Positions 1-11,337 of a DNA stretch of 64,000 nucleotides are shown piece after piece. Source of the DNA: a virus; the IMG/VR virus record IMGVR_UViG_3300034092_004324, positions 1 to 64,000 of that record. One strand, given 5' to 3'. The position numbers were made by a program, and so were the translations under genes. Under the pieces are notes generated by a model that had not been told where the DNA came from, ran no database searches, and saw only the letters and a list, made by a program, of their open reading frames with translations. Position 1 is the stretch's first letter. Each line of letters begins with the position of its first letter.

Positions 1-1
1 T

Positions 2-3000
2 CTTGATAAAATAGAAGATGATGAATTACCAATTGATAAAAGAGTTAATCAATTAATTAACAAGTTACATGAAAATGGGTTTTTAAAATCAAAAAGTTCA
101 GTTACAACTAATTATGAATTTAGAAACAAAGAAAAACAATATAAGATTGATAAAGAAAACTTAAGAGAGTTTATACAATTATTTTTTATCAATGATTATT
201 TGAATAGTTATTTCTTAGGTCAATTAGTAGTTGGTGATTACGCATACTTTAAAAATGCAGAAGATGTTGGTAAACGTTTATCTGGTGCATTTGCACCTGG
301 TGAACGTGGTGACTATACTAAATATAGAACATTCAATGTTGTTACATTAGAAGATAGAACATTTCCAAAGTATGCAGAAAAAGATGGTAAGCCATTATTA
401 GATAGTGTTGAAGAATTCACACTTGAAATGTTAACTGGTAAAAAAGGATTAACATTAAAAACATTAGATGAAAAAACTCAAGTACAAGTTAAATTAATAG
501 CTCAACAATTATTAAAACAATATTCAGATAAAGGTTATGACATGACAGATGGGCAAGGTTTCATGACTGAAAAAAGAGCTAATCAATTAGCTGTAATGTA
601 CGGGGATTCATATAATGTAGGAAACGTAATGAAACCTGCACACTATGAAGTTTTATCTAAAGATAACGTTGCAATGCCTGTGATGTTAAAATACTCTTCA
701 ATCGTTTTAACTAAAGAGTTATTAAGCAATCCAATGTTCGCTAAATTAAGAAAGTTAAATGATTTTATGGAGAATAAAAATATCGATGAAATTGTATTTG
801 ATTCAGCAATGAAAGTTGGTCGTCCACTTAAATCAATTAATATAGATAGCATATATAATTCTCAAGACTTTAGTGATATTGATGTTAGTCAAAATGTTAG
901 AACATTAAATAACTCAAATTACAGATTACAGTTTAATCCATCTGCAAAAATAGATAGTAAGAAGATTTCTAAACCTTCACAGATATTATATTTGATTTCT
1001 TTATTTGGACACAATGATGCTAATGCTTTAAAAGTTTATCAAGCTATTTCTAAAATTATTGATTTAAATTTAGAGAATGATGATTTTTATAAAGATAAAT
1101 CAGAAACTAAGGATAAAATTAAAAACTCACTTAAAGATGTTTCTGGTAGTGAAAGAATTGCTGAACTTTTAAATTACGTTGATCCAAGTTTTCCATTGGT
1201 AAGTACTAAATCTGTTATACAACTTTCTTCTATATTTGATTCAGCGTTTAATACTTTAAAATTCTCAGGTTCTAAATTAGTTTTGCAAACATCTGAAGGA
1301 ACTGAATTTAAAGGTGATAGACTACGATATCGTTTAGATTCAAAAGGTAACTTATATGCAGAAGTTATATTACCTAAAGAACTTGAATCTGTTGTTGGAC
1401 TTGGTACTGTAATTGGTTTTAGAATTCCATCTACTGAGATTCACTCTGCTGTACCAATGAAAGTAGTTGGTTTTCACAGTGGTAAATCAAATACTGTAAT
1501 TGCACCTGCAGAACTTGTTGCTTTACATGGTTCAGACTTTGATGTGGATTCTTTATTCATGTTGAGATTTGATGAATATGGTAAAAATAAATCTTTATTA
1601 AGTAAAGAAGATTTAGATCGTCTTGCAGAATTAGAAACAAACTATAAAAATTATAATACTACAAATAAGTTTGATCAACTTGATCAACAAAAAATTGAAA
1701 GGGAGTTTTTAACTTCAGAATTCAATCAATCAATGATTGAAAGATATGGTGATGAATATGATGAAGACGTTGCTAAATATGGCTGGGGAAAACGAGAACT
1801 TCCACAATTAGCTTGGGATTCTTCAAATAAAATGTGGTTTGAAACTAAGAGTAATCCATATTATGATGATTATATTAATCTAAAAGAATCTAACAAAGTA
1901 ATTAAACCCAATAAAAAAGTAGGCTTTGATGAAAATGGTAAATTTGTTGATTTATCAAAACTCAATGAAGATGAAAGAAACTTAATACTTAGAAAGCCAA
2001 GCTTATTAAGATCGTATTACAAGAACTTAATTATAAATGAGTTATTAGATATTATTCAACAACCTGGTAAAGATTTCCAAGTTCGTAAAAGAATGATCAG
2101 TCCTATTACAACTGAAAGATTAAAAAGAATTAAATCTGAATATGAAACAAGTAACTTTGCTTTAGATCTTTCAAATATTATTGATAGACAAGCTTTCTTT
2201 AAATCTAATTTTGATGGTGCTGCACTTGTTGGTATATTTGCAAATAGTGTTAAATTATTATCATATTTATATAGAGGTGATCAAAATAGAAAACCTATGA
2301 TAGATGATAAATATGAATTATTATTTAATGGTAAAGTTTATAACAATTTCCAAGATATTGAAAGAGAAGGTGAATCAAGTGTTTGGGAAACTTTTGACTC
2401 GTTGATTAATACCTCTATTGATAACGTTAAAGATCAAATATTAAGTTATATAAATGCATCAGGTTCAACTGCAAATGCATATACAGTTGCAATTGCTACT
2501 GGTATTCCTTTAGAAGATATAGTTAAGTTTTTCAATCAACCTTTAGTAAAAGAGATTACTCGTAAAAAGATATCATTTAGTTTATTGAATGGTTTTAAAT
2601 CTGAGGTTGAAAAATTAATACTATCTAAATTAACTGAAGAAGAATTAAAAACATTTACTTTTGAAAGTTTAGGTTCTTTTTATAATTATGATAATGTAAA
2701 AGGACTTGACAAAAAAGATATAAGATTAAAAGATTTAAGTGTCGATGAATTAAAATCTCAATATGCTGTATTAATACAGTATCAAAAAATGGCTACTGTT
2801 GGTGAGAAATTATTTAAATTAACACAAGCTATAAATGTTATTAATGAACTTCCAGTATTTGAAGAAGACATTGATAACTTGAACGATATAATGGATGAAG
2901 TATTTACTAAACCTGAAGATACAGATGTTTATGAATTAAAGGAAGAATTTCCAATTAAAGTTCCATTATTCTTTGAAAAAAATCCTCATATATTATCACA

Positions 3001-6000
3001 TTTAAAAGTATATGATATATTTAAAAATACTCTTGAGAATGTTTTTATTCGTCATCATGAAAATATCACAACATTAATTACTAGGCAATTAGAATATAAT
3101 GGACGTTTAAATACTCATCAAGTTCGTTCTGAAATAATGAAATTTATTATTTCATTTGATCCTTTAATTCAAGAAGTTGATTCTTATGAAGCTATTGAAT
3201 ATCATCCTGGTAAATTTATATCAGGACGTGCTGCATGGGCACATAACTTTGTAAATAATATTTTTCCATTAATTGAAAATACTGTTAAAAATAATAAACT
3301 TTTAGAACATCTTAGTATTGAAAATGGAGCTTATGGTATTAAAAAGATATTCTTTAATCAAGGTAATAACTTAGACATTGCTGATCAATATGAATTTGAA
3401 GAAGCATTTAAAGAGTTAAGTAAATATGTTATTAAAAAAGAAGGTGATAATTATGTTATTGCAGAAAGAACAGATGAAGCAACTGGTTTAGATACTGAGT
3501 TTTTACGTTATAGTTTAATTACTGATGGTTCATCATTCGGTATTAGAAACTATAGTTCTGTTATTCCAGGTTCACTTTTAGCAGATGTATCTACTAATAT
3601 GTTAGCAACATTTGAAAAGATTAAAGATAATCTTTTAAAGTATCGTGATATTATAGATTATAATATTGTGATGAACAATGCTGATAGTTTAAATTATTTA
3701 ACAAATGAAAAAATAAAATCTTCACAAGGAACTAATTATGGAATCGATGGTGATATTCAATATAGTTTAAAATTTGAAAATAATCTTGATTCAGCTACTG
3801 GAGAGTATTCTTCTACTAATAGTGATTTCCCAAGATTTGTTGGATTTACTGATTTTGAAAATAAAAAGAAAGTTAAGATTTATAGAAGAATAAATAACAA
3901 CTTACTAGGTAGTAAATTTATTTATTATGAATTAATAGGTAATAAACAAATATCTGAAGTATATAGATCAAGTGAGAATTTCTTTTTTAGCGATCATTTT
4001 GACGGTTCATTCCAATCAAGAGTTAAAGATTTAAATACAACTGAACTTGTAAACAATCCTTTTAAATATGAAAAAGGAGATGTTATTTACATATATACAG
4101 ATAATTTAAAACAAAATGGTAAGTATGTAATTATTACAAATATCAAAGAAAGTGAATCTCAAGTTTCTGAAATACCAAACTATACTTATGAAGTTAAAGA
4201 AACAGTTCTTGAATATAAAAATGAATTAACTTCTGATAAAGGTTTAGAAGATTACCATGATTTTATGTCAGGTAAACATGATGGTGAATATAAAAAGAAA
4301 CAAATAATGCCTGATAAAATTAAAGAAGAATTTTATCCAGGTTTATCAACTCAAGGTAAATTAATTTACGATGTTATTTCTAAACTGTTTCAAAATAATT
4401 TAACAGTTAAAATAGAAAATGTACGAGGTAACAAACAAGGTTCTTTCGGTTATGATAAAAATGGAATACCTACTGTTAGAATAACAAATAAACCATTACA
4501 GAATTTAACATTAGAACAGTTATTACTTCATGAATTAACACATGCTTCATTGAGTAATTTAATAAATAGTTACTGGCTTTATAAAAAAGGTTTACCTCAT
4601 ATAAAGTTATCTAAAACTCAAAAAGAGGCGTTAGATAATTTATATAAATTACATTTAGATTTTTCACAAACCATCCATCGTGATCCTATAAAATATGGTT
4701 CTGATAAATTTCCAGATTTATCTTATATAAGAAGTACAAAATTAACAAAGCTTGAAAAATTTCACGAGTTTGTTTCTGAAATGATGACTTCAAAAGATGT
4801 TCAAAATATAGCTAAAAAAATTAATAACTTAACAGCACAGCATCCTTTAGAAGTAAAAACAAATATATTTAAAGAATTCTTTAATACTTTAATGAAATTA
4901 TTTGGATTTAAATCTGGAACTATTGCTGGTGAGTTTTTTAAAAACGTTTTAGTTTTAACTGAAGAAACAGATTCACTAATCAAAATGAAAGAATCTTATA
5001 AAAATTCTTTCGATATACAAGTAGAAGGTGAAGAACAAATTGTCTCAACTGAAGACAATACTAAAGATGAAGAAGAAGATGAAGCTGGTAGAACCTTAAA
5101 TAAAGAGTTTTATGACACTGTTGAAGACTTTACTACACGCAGGGTGGAAAACTTAAATAAAGCTAAGGAAATCGTCTCTAAATTAGAAGCAGAACATAAG
5201 ACATTAAGTGTAGATAAAGATGCTTCTAATGAGCAATTATCTACATACAACAGTGGAAAATATAATAGAACTACAGATGCTCAAACAGGTTTCATTTCTC
5301 ACTTCTTAGTTAGAAAATCAAATGGTCAAGCTATATCTTCCGCTGAAGCTAAAGCAAATCATTTATGGGATACTGCTGGTAAACCTGCTGAATATAAACA
5401 AGCAACTTCAGAATTTCCAACTATTGAATATAATAAGAAAGAATATATAGAAGCTTATGAAAAATATTTATTACAAGCTGCAACTCGTGGTAAATTAATA
5501 CATAAGCAACTTGAAAAACTAACATCACCAGTTTCAGAACATGATCGTATTGATAGAGAAGTAAAAGAATTGATGGATAAATCATCAATTACTCAAACAT
5601 ATACGTTTAGTTGGTTGAATGAAAGAGATGCTAATAACAATATAGTAGGTCATAACATTTTAAAGATGTATGATTTACACGTTTTAAAAGATAACTTTTT
5701 CCCAGAGATAACTGTTAAATCTGATTTATTAGGATATGCAGGTACTATTGATAATTTAATTTTACACCAGAATGGAACATTCTCTTTAATTGATTTTAAA
5801 ACTGGAGCTGGTTTTAATAATGAAACATTCAGTAATCTTTTAAAATATGGTGATCGTGAATCTACTGATGTTACTGATAATCAAAGACAAAGAGCTAAAC
5901 TTCAATTGATGTTTTATGCTTTCATGTTAAAGCTTGAAAATCCTGAAATGCAATTTAGAGATTTAAGAGCAATTTGGATTCCAGGAAAACACATGAGTAA

Positions 6001-8725
6001 CAAAGTTGATCATCGTTCTGCTGTTGAAATCAGTACTTATTTAAAAATGATTGAGCAGTATTATAAAATTGAACAACCAGATTTATATAAGAAAATAATT
6101 GAAAAGAATTCAAATGTATTTAAACCAAGTGAATATGTAAGTGAAACTTCTACTATTGATAAATTAAAAACAAATAAACCTGCACATATAATACTTGCTG
6201 AGAAACAACAGAAGTTAAGTCAATTGATTAAAAAGAGTGCATTAAATCTTAATTTAGAAACTAAAACCGCACTTAAAGTAGAAGCTGCTGAATTAGCAAA
6301 GCAAATACATGAATTATCTTCAGACCCAAAATTAGATTTAAACTTCTTTGGTGGCGAAGGTATTAGTTTCTTCTCAAGATGGTTAGCAACTTATGAAGAA
6401 TTAGGTGATCCTATTTTACAAAACTTTAAAATTAAACAAGACGAAGCATTTGATAAAGTTCAAAAAGAATACGAACAGAAAGAAAAACAACTTTATACAT
6501 TATTGTTACCAATTTACAACTCATATTTAAATAGAACAGGTAAAAAATCAATCAGTACTATAACAAGAAACATGTTAGTTGATGTGGTTGCATTTGATAA
6601 AACAAATCCAAGTAAAAGCTTATATGGCTTTGCATTTAAGAAAAGAACTTATACAGATGATAATTCGGCTCATTATTATGATTTAGTAACTGAAAAAGAT
6701 CAAGAATGGAATGCTTTACAACCTGAAGAAAAAACATTCTTAAAATTTGTTCAAGATGAATTTGAAGGATTTCTTGGAGATAAAGGTATGTTGGATGAAG
6801 TAGTTACTTATTCACATAACGGAAGACCTATGACTAATAGAGATTTAATTAATTATGGAAGAAAAAATGATAATCCGTTTAAACATACAAGATCTTTTTA
6901 TCCAAGAGCACCTATAACTAAACAAGAAGCAAATCAAAAGTATCCATTATTTAGTGCTGAATATTGGAAGTACTTCTATGAACGTCATTTAACAATGTTC
7001 TATGAAGATGTTTTTGAAATGCAATCTGTAAATTACGATGCATTACCTATTAAATATTTAGGTAATGACTATATTATAAATAACGAAAACTTCAGTTATA
7101 ACATTGAACAAGCATTTAGCAAATTCATGCGTAATATGATTGTTAAAAAGCATTTAGATCCTATCTATGCATATGGAAAAGGCTTACAATATTATTATGA
7201 TTTAAAATCTTCAGATTCAAAACAACATAAAAACGCATCAGAATTTCTTAGAGATAAATTAATGTTAGACATTCAAGATAGAAAATATCGTGATGTTGAA
7301 TTCTTTAAGAAGAAAATTAAAATACCAACTACAAGAGAAACCAAAGATGGTAAAATTATTCAATATGATAAATCAATTAGTTTGGTTAAAGTTCTTTTAG
7401 GACTTAGAAATTTTTCATCTGCAAGTATTATGTGGTTAATGCCTTTAAACGGTATTAGAAACGGTATATTTATTAATATGTTAACTACAAAAAGAGCAGT
7501 ATCTGAAAAAGTAGCATCCTCAGTATTTGGAGTATCAAATAATAATATCGATTTTGAACTTGCAGATTTAAGAAAATCTTGGAAAGATACCAGACAGTTA
7601 ATTGGTGATATGATTTTAAATAAACAAGATTCTAATAAGTTATTTCTTCTTGCTAAAAAATTAGGATATCTTCCAGATAATTATTATTGGACAACAAATT
7701 CAAGTGAGTTATTAACAGTTAGTGATAATCTTAGAACATTACCAACTAATCCAAGTTTAATGTATTGGTTCCACACTATGCCTGAGGAACTTAATGCCAT
7801 GATTATAATGGGTGCTCAAATGCACAACATGAAGCTTAAAGATGGCTCCTCTCTATGGGATCATTATAAAGTGGTTACAAATGAACAAGGTATATCAACA
7901 GTTGAATGGGATGGTACTGTCAGAGGTATCATTAAAACTAAAGAAGGAAGTAAAGAACTTACTGAACTTGATGCAAGAGAGACACGTAAATTAAAACGTG
8001 TGTATCAAGAAATGCATGGTGGTTACAGACGTGAAGAAAGAACAGCAATGGAAGCTTATATCTTCGGAGAAGTTTTATTGCAATTTAGAAAGTATGTACC
8101 TGCATTATTAAAGAGTATATTAGGTTCTAAACGTACTGATGCAAGTATTGGTAAATACGTTTTCAATGGTGATCCAAATAGTCAACAAGATTATATTGAA
8201 TGGATGTCAAGAGTTAACGAGGGAAGATGGAGAATTCTTTTGAAACATTTAGTTGCTTCATTAGGTCATGGAAAATTAAACGAATATCGTTTTAATAACA
8301 TGGATGATAACTCTAAGAAAATGTTAATTGATACTTATATTACATTTAGTACATTTGCTGTTTTATTAGCAGCTTCTGCATTATTCTTTGGCGATGCTGA
8401 TGACGATGATTCATTTAAAAAGTATGTTGATGTAATTATACAAAACTATTCACAAACAGTTAATCCTATGGATATTGGACGTAACTTTATAACTGGTCCT
8501 GCATCTTGGAAAAAATCATACGAAGCTGTACAAGCTTATCGTGTATTCTCTTGGAATAGTTTATTATTCTTAACTGGTGATGAAGATGCTTTAACACAAG
8601 ATGGTGTTATTAAAGGTTGGATAAATACTAAACGATCATTACCTTATTTCTCTTCTGTTTATTCTTTTCAAAGATTCTTTGAAAATGCTGAATCATTAGA
8701 AGAAGTTCTATACTATAGTAGGTAA
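2..8725 (+). CDS. Virion-packaged RNA polymerase polyprotein (crAss-like), 5'-truncated by the window; also carries zincin and PD-(D/E)xK nuclease-like domains
   Basis: Frame is open from nt 2, so TTG200 is not the true start. Catalytic loop HGSDFDVDSLF (~1525-1560) preceded by RIPSTEIHS; zincin motif LLHELTH (~4523-4543); AGTIDNL..SLIDFKTG nuclease motif (~5738-5806); hydrophobic segment near the C-terminus. Confidence 0.9.
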   Translation, partial: LDKIEDDELPIDKRVNQLINKLHENGFLKSKSSVTTNYEFRNKEKQYKIDKENLREFIQLFFINDYLNSYFLGQLVVGDYAYFKNAEDVGKRLSGAFAPGERGDYTKYRTFNVVTLEDRTFPKYAEKDGKPLLDSVEEFTLEMLTGKKGLTLKTLDEKTQVQVKLIAQQLLKQYSDKGYDMTDGQGFMTEKRANQLAVMYGDSYNVGNVMKPAHYEVLSKDNVAMPVMLKYSSIVLTKELLSNPMFAKLRKLNDFMENKNIDEIVFDSAMKVGRPLKSINIDSIYNSQDFSDIDVSQNVRTLNNSNYRLQFNPSAKIDSKKISKPSQILYLISLFGHNDANALKVYQAISKIIDLNLENDDFYKDKSETKDKIKNSLKDVSGSERIAELLNYVDPSFPLVSTKSVIQLSSIFDSAFNTLKFSGSKLVLQTSEGTEFKGDRLRYRLDSKGNLYAEVILPKELESVVGLGTVIGFRIPSTEIHSAVPMKVVGFHSGKSNTVIAPAELVALHGSDFDVDSLFMLRFDEYGKNKSLLSKEDLDRLAELETNYKNYNTTNKFDQLDQQKIEREFLTSEFNQSMIERYGDEYDEDVAKYGWGKRELPQLAWDSSNKMWFETKSNPYYDDYINLKESNKVIKPNKKVGFDENGKFVDLSKLNEDERNLILRKPSLLRSYYKNLIINELLDIIQQPGKDFQVRKRMISPITTERLKRIKSEYETSNFALDLSNIIDRQAFFKSNFDGAALVGIFANSVKLLSYLYRGDQNRKPMIDDKYELLFNGKVYNNFQDIEREGESSVWETFDSLINTSIDNVKDQILSYINASGSTANAYTVAIATGIPLEDIVKFFNQPLVKEITRKKISFSLLNGFKSEVEKLILSKLTEEELKTFTFESLGSFYNYDNVKGLDKKDIRLKDLSVDELKSQYAVLIQYQKMATVGEKLFKLTQAINVINELPVFEEDIDNLNDIMDEVFTKPEDTDVYELKEEFPIKVPLFFEKNPHILSHLKVYDIFKNTLENVFIRHHENITTLITRQLEYNGRLNTHQVRSEIMKFIISFDPLIQEVDSYEAIEYHPGKFISGRAAWAHNFVNNIFPLIENTVKNNKLLEHLSIENGAYGIKKIFFNQGNNLDIADQYEFEEAFKELSKYVIKKEGDNYVIAERTDEATGLDTEFLRYSLITDGSSFGIRNYSSVIPGSLLADVSTNMLATFEKIKDNLLKYRDIIDYNIVMNNADSLNYLTNEKIKSSQGTNYGIDGDIQYSLKFENNLDSATGEYSSTNSDFPRFVGFTDFENKKKVKIYRRINNNLLGSKFIYYELIGNKQISEVYRSSENFFFSDHFDGSFQSRVKDLNTTELVNNPFKYEKGDVIYIYTDNLKQNGKYVIITNIKESESQVSEIPNYTYEVKETVLEYKNELTSDKGLEDYHDFMSGKHDGEYKKKQIMPDKIKEEFYPGLSTQGKLIYDVISKLFQNNLTVKIENVRGNKQGSFGYDKNGIPTVRITNKPLQNLTLEQLLLHELTHASLSNLINSYWLYKKGLPHIKLSKTQKEALDNLYKLHLDFSQTIHRDPIKYGSDKFPDLSYIRSTKLTKLEKFHEFVSEMMTSKDVQNIAKKINNLTAQHPLEVKTNIFKEFFNTLMKLFGFKSGTIAGEFFKNVLVLTEETDSLIKMKESYKNSFDIQVEGEEQIVSTEDNTKDEEEDEAGRTLNKEFYDTVEDFTTRRVENLNKAKEIVSKLEAEHKTLSVDKDASNEQLSTYNSGKYNRTTDAQTGFISHFLVRKSNGQAISSAEAKANHLWDTAGKPAEYKQATSEFPTIEYNKKEYIEAYEKYLLQAATRGKLIHKQLEKLTSPVSEHDRIDREVKELMDKSSITQTYTFSWLNERDANNNIVGHNILKMYDLHVLKDNFFPEITVKSDLLGYAGTIDNLILHQNGTFSLIDFKTGAGFNNETFSNLLKYGDRESTDVTDNQRQRAKLQLMFYAFMLKLENPEMQFRDLRAIWIPGKHMSNKVDHRSAVEISTYLKMIEQYYKIEQPDLYKKIIEKNSNVFKPSEYVSETSTIDKLKTNKPAHIILAEKQQKLSQLIKKSALNLNLETKTALKVEAAELAKQIHELSSDPKLDLNFFGGEGISFFSRWLATYEELGDPILQNFKIKQDEAFDKVQKEYEQKEKQLYTLLLPIYNSYLNRTGKKSISTITRNMLVDVVAFDKTNPSKSLYGFAFKKRTYTDDNSAHYYDLVTEKDQEWNALQPEEKTFLKFVQDEFEGFLGDKGMLDEVVTYSHNGRPMTNRDLINYGRKNDNPFKHTRSFYPRAPITKQEANQKYPLFSAEYWKYFYERHLTMFYEDVFEMQSVNYDALPIKYLGNDYIINNENFSYNIEQAFSKFMRNMIVKKHLDPIYAYGKGLQYYYDLKSSDSKQHKNASEFLRDKLMLDIQDRKYRDVEFFKKKIKIPTTRETKDGKIIQYDKSISLVKVLLGLRNFSSASIMWLMPLNGIRNGIFINMLTTKRAVSEKVASSVFGVSNNNIDFELADLRKSWKDTRQLIGDMILNKQDSNKLFLLAKKLGYLPDNYYWTTNSSELLTVSDNLRTLPTNPSLMYWFHTMPEELNAMIIMGAQMHNMKLKDGSSLWDHYKVVTNEQGISTVEWDGTVRGIIKTKEGSKELTELDARETRKLKRVYQEMHGGYRREERTAMEAYIFGEVLLQFRKYVPALLKSILGSKRTDASIGKYVFNGDPNSQQDYIEWMSRVNEGRWRILLKHLVASLGHGKLNEYRFNNMDDNSKKMLIDTYITFSTFAVLLAASALFFGDADDDDSFKKYVDVIIQNYSQTVNPMDIGRNFITGPASWKKSYEAVQAYRVFSWNSLLFLTGDEDALTQDGVIKGWINTKRSLPYFSSVYSFQRFFENAESLEEVLYYSR

Positions 8726-8726
8726 A

Positions 8727-8752
8727 AAAAGGGGTCAATTAAGACCCCTTTT
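8727..8752. terminator. Bidirectional rho-independent terminator between convergent gene blocks
   Basis: AAAAGGGGTC-AATTAA-GACCCCTTTT hairpin flanked by A and T runs, between stops at 8725 (+) and 8757 (-). Confidence 0.9.
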
Positions 8753-8756
8753 ATTT

Positions 8757-9068
8757 TTATAATAATTTTTCTGAAAATTCAAAAATTACTATATCTTCAA
8801 TTGTGTGAATCCCTGAATAATCAGGATCACCGTTTGGTAAATATTCAGCTAGAAATTCTTTTTCTTCAATGGTAATATAATCATAACCAGTATCTTCTGT
8901 ATCATCACCTCCCACTTCTTGAGTTTCATATCTAATTGATTTACCACTTTTTGGCATTTTATTTAAAATTTCTTTTATCTTAATTAAATTTTCTTCTGTT
9001 ATACCTGTAACTTCAGTAACAAAATCACCGTCGTTTATATCAGCTTTTATTAATATATACTTTTTCAT
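8757..9068 (-). CDS. Hypothetical phage protein
   Basis: 103-aa ORF in operon context. Confidence 0.7.
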   Translation of the reverse strand: MKKYILIKADINDGDFVTEVTGITEENLIKIKEILNKMPKSGKSIRYETQEVGGDDTEDTGYDYITIEEKEFLAEYLPNGDPDYSGIHTIEDIVIFEFSEKLL

Positions 9069-9071
9069 GTT

Positions 9072-9209
9072 TTACTTTCTTAAACTACCAGGTTTATTAT
9101 ATCCTTTAAATTGTTTAGAATCCATTTTTGACCCTAAAGCTTCATGAGCAGAAATTCTAACGCGAAGACGCTCTCTTGCTTTTCTTGGTTTTACATAAGA
9201 TAATGCCAT
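9072..9209 (-). CDS. Small basic protein, 45 aa (not in ORF track)
   Basis: MALSYVKPRKARERLRVRISAHEALGSKMDSKQFKGYNKPGSLRK*; exactly fills the gap between neighbouring ORFs. Confidence 0.65.
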   Translation of the reverse strand: MALSYVKPRKARERLRVRISAHEALGSKMDSKQFKGYNKPGSLRK

Positions 9210-9210
9210 A

Positions 9211-9546
9211 TTAAACGTTTGTAGATTTGATTAAAGTTAATCTGATATCTTCTATTAATTTTCTGTTAGAATTTAATAAATTCTTTGTTACTTCTTTAAG
9301 TTCTTCATTTTTACTTTTCTTTAGTAACTCTACTTGCTTTAGTAACAAAGGATCAGTTGATTCATTCAATACAATACTAATAGATTTAAGTCTTTCAAAG
9401 AAATCATCATTGTTTATTTTTAAATAATTTGATTCTTTTTTTGATTCTTCTAATACTTTTTTTAAAAGATCTCTTTCTTTTTCAAGTGATTTAATATACG
9501 CAGTATCAACTTTTTTAGTAAAAAGGTTTTTAAACATGTTCTTCAA
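9211..9546 (-). CDS. Hypothetical coiled-coil protein
   Basis: 111-aa ORF rich in K/E/L. Confidence 0.65.
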   Translation of the reverse strand: MKNMFKNLFTKKVDTAYIKSLEKERDLLKKVLEESKKESNYLKINNDDFFERLKSISIVLNESTDPLLLKQVELLKKSKNEELKEVTKNLLNSNRKLIEDIRLTLIKSTNV

Positions 9547-9644
9547 TTTTGTTTAATTTGGTTTGTATAATATCTGTTAATGTTTCAATTTCACAATCCA
9601 GTTTAACAGTTACTGGGTGTGAAAAAATTTCAAAGGCTATTTCT

Positions 9645-10001
9645 TCAGCTAATATTCTGTTGTTTGTTTTTCTGTTCATCGTTTATGTTTTTTCTTCTAT
9701 CATCTCCTTCAGGATATATATGGTAAAAGGCTGAAAGAAAATGGGCATTACATTGTAAATGATCTATATGTAGTTCACCTGTTTCATCATCGTAGTCATT
9801 ACCTTTTTCAATTTCTTGTAAATGACGTTTTAGTGAATCTAACACAACAGACCATTTAAAACCTTTTTCCCAATTTCTTTCAGGGTATTTTTCTAAACTT
9901 TTGGTTAGAACTTTTACCATACCTTCAGTCGCTAAAGGATGCATTAATGTATATCTTAATTTATTATTGTTGTACCTTATTGCTTCGTCCATTTGATTCA
10001 A
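9645..10001 (-). CDS. dATP/dGTP diphosphohydrolase-like protein (DUF5664 type)
   Basis: KLRYTL..KYPERNWEKG..DSLKRHL..DDETGELHIDHLQCNAHFL matches the family pattern as recalled. Confidence 0.8.
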   Translation of the reverse strand: MNQMDEAIRYNNNKLRYTLMHPLATEGMVKVLTKSLEKYPERNWEKGFKWSVVLDSLKRHLQEIEKGNDYDDETGELHIDHLQCNAHFLSAFYHIYPEGDDRRKNINDEQKNKQQNIS

Positions 10002-10965
10002 AATTGTTTAATACTTTTTTATATTCAATATCTGTTAATAAAAATCTATTTTTTAATTCTTGTTTAAGAACTGCATAATTTATATGTTCTTTATTTTTTA
10101 TTATACTATCAATGTAATACTTTCTTACTGATTTAAACATTTTAATATCATTTTCCATATAAATATTTGAACCACTTCTACTTGTTTTATTAATTATTAT
10201 TTGTTTCATTTGTTGTCCTTCTACAGTTTCAGCTTGATTCAATATAAGCATATCAGTTTCAAGTAAATTCTTTAACTCACTAACAACAGATTTGAAATCT
10301 TTTTTATTAACTAATGGTCTTAATATTGACATTGATTTATTATAAAAACTTTGATTTGTAGTATAGAAATTTAATTGATAGTGAACAGATTTTTCTTTAA
10401 AAATATAATCAAGAATAGTTTTATGTCTAAATTCATTATCTTTATATTTAATTTGTGTATATAAATATTTATTTGCTTTTGGAGTAATATAAAATTCTAC
10501 TACTGGAAAATTAAAATGTGAAACTGCATTATAAGTTGAAAAAAACTTAATACTAAGTAAAAAATAAATTAATTTTTTACATTCGTCTATTTTTCTATTT
10601 ATTAAGTAATCAAAAAACTCAAGATGTGTTTCTTGATTACAAACACTTGATATTCTTAATAGTGAGTAAACCCATTTTAATAAATATTTATTTTGTTCTA
10701 AATTAAAAGTTTTGTCATGAATAAAAGTTAAACTATATTTATTTGTATCATATTCTTCAATTTCAAAAAAAGGTTCTAATGATTTAAATGATTTGATTAA
10801 ATTTACTATTTTTTCATTAAACCTATTTTGTCTACAATCAATTTTAATTATAAATTTTCTGTTATTAAAAGAAGTTATACTGGCAAAAAAAGAGTTTGAA
10901 CAATTTGGAGCAATGTTTTCAAATTCTGTTCTACCATTAAGGTCGCATTTATAAATAGAAACCAT
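9964..10965 (-). CDS. Hypothetical protein
   Basis: 333-aa ORF, no recognised motif. Confidence 0.7.
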   Translation of the reverse strand: MVSIYKCDLNGRTEFENIAPNCSNSFFASITSFNNRKFIIKIDCRQNRFNEKIVNLIKSFKSLEPFFEIEEYDTNKYSLTFIHDKTFNLEQNKYLLKWVYSLLRISSVCNQETHLEFFDYLINRKIDECKKLIYFLLSIKFFSTYNAVSHFNFPVVEFYITPKANKYLYTQIKYKDNEFRHKTILDYIFKEKSVHYQLNFYTTNQSFYNKSMSILRPLVNKKDFKSVVSELKNLLETDMLILNQAETVEGQQMKQIIINKTSRSGSNIYMENDIKMFKSVRKYYIDSIIKNKEHINYAVLKQELKNRFLLTDIEYKKVLNNFESNGRSNKVQQ

Positions 10966-10977
10966 TAAATTTAAAAA

Positions 10978-11337
10978 TTATCGATTATCTCCGTCACCTT
11001 TTATTGTATTGTTTTCTTTTCTTCTTATTAATTTCTCAATGTTGTTTTTAGCTATTTCATCTAAATTAAGATTTAATTCTTCAGCTAATCTGGCGACATA
11101 CCAAAGTACATCGCCAATTTCATGAGAAATATTTTCACGAAAAGTATCATCAAAAGGCTTATCACCTCTTAATACTTTTTTATATTTATTAGTTACTTCG
11201 CCAACTTCACCAGCTAATCCAAGTAAAGCATATGATAATGCATGTTCTTTTGGATAAACGGCAGTTTGCTGTGTCAAATCTTGGTATTCTTTAAAATTCA
11301 TATTTTTGTTTTTTTTGGTTAATTGTTTATATTTCAC
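10978..11337 (-). CDS. mazG: MazG-like NTP pyrophosphohydrolase (true start probably MNFKEYQ)
   Basis: LGLAGEVGEVTNKYKK...EIGDVLWYV...NIEKL..R...IKGDGDNR. Confidence 0.9.
   Translation of the reverse strand: MKYKQLTKKNKNMNFKEYQDLTQQTAVYPKEHALSYALLGLAGEVGEVTNKYKKVLRGDKPFDDTFRENISHEIGDVLWYVARLAEELNLNLDEIAKNNIEKLIRRKENNTIKGDGDNR

Noticed and set aside
9645-11337. 2-aminoadenine (Z) genome system
   Set aside because: No PurZ/adenylosuccinate-synthetase-like gene in this window.
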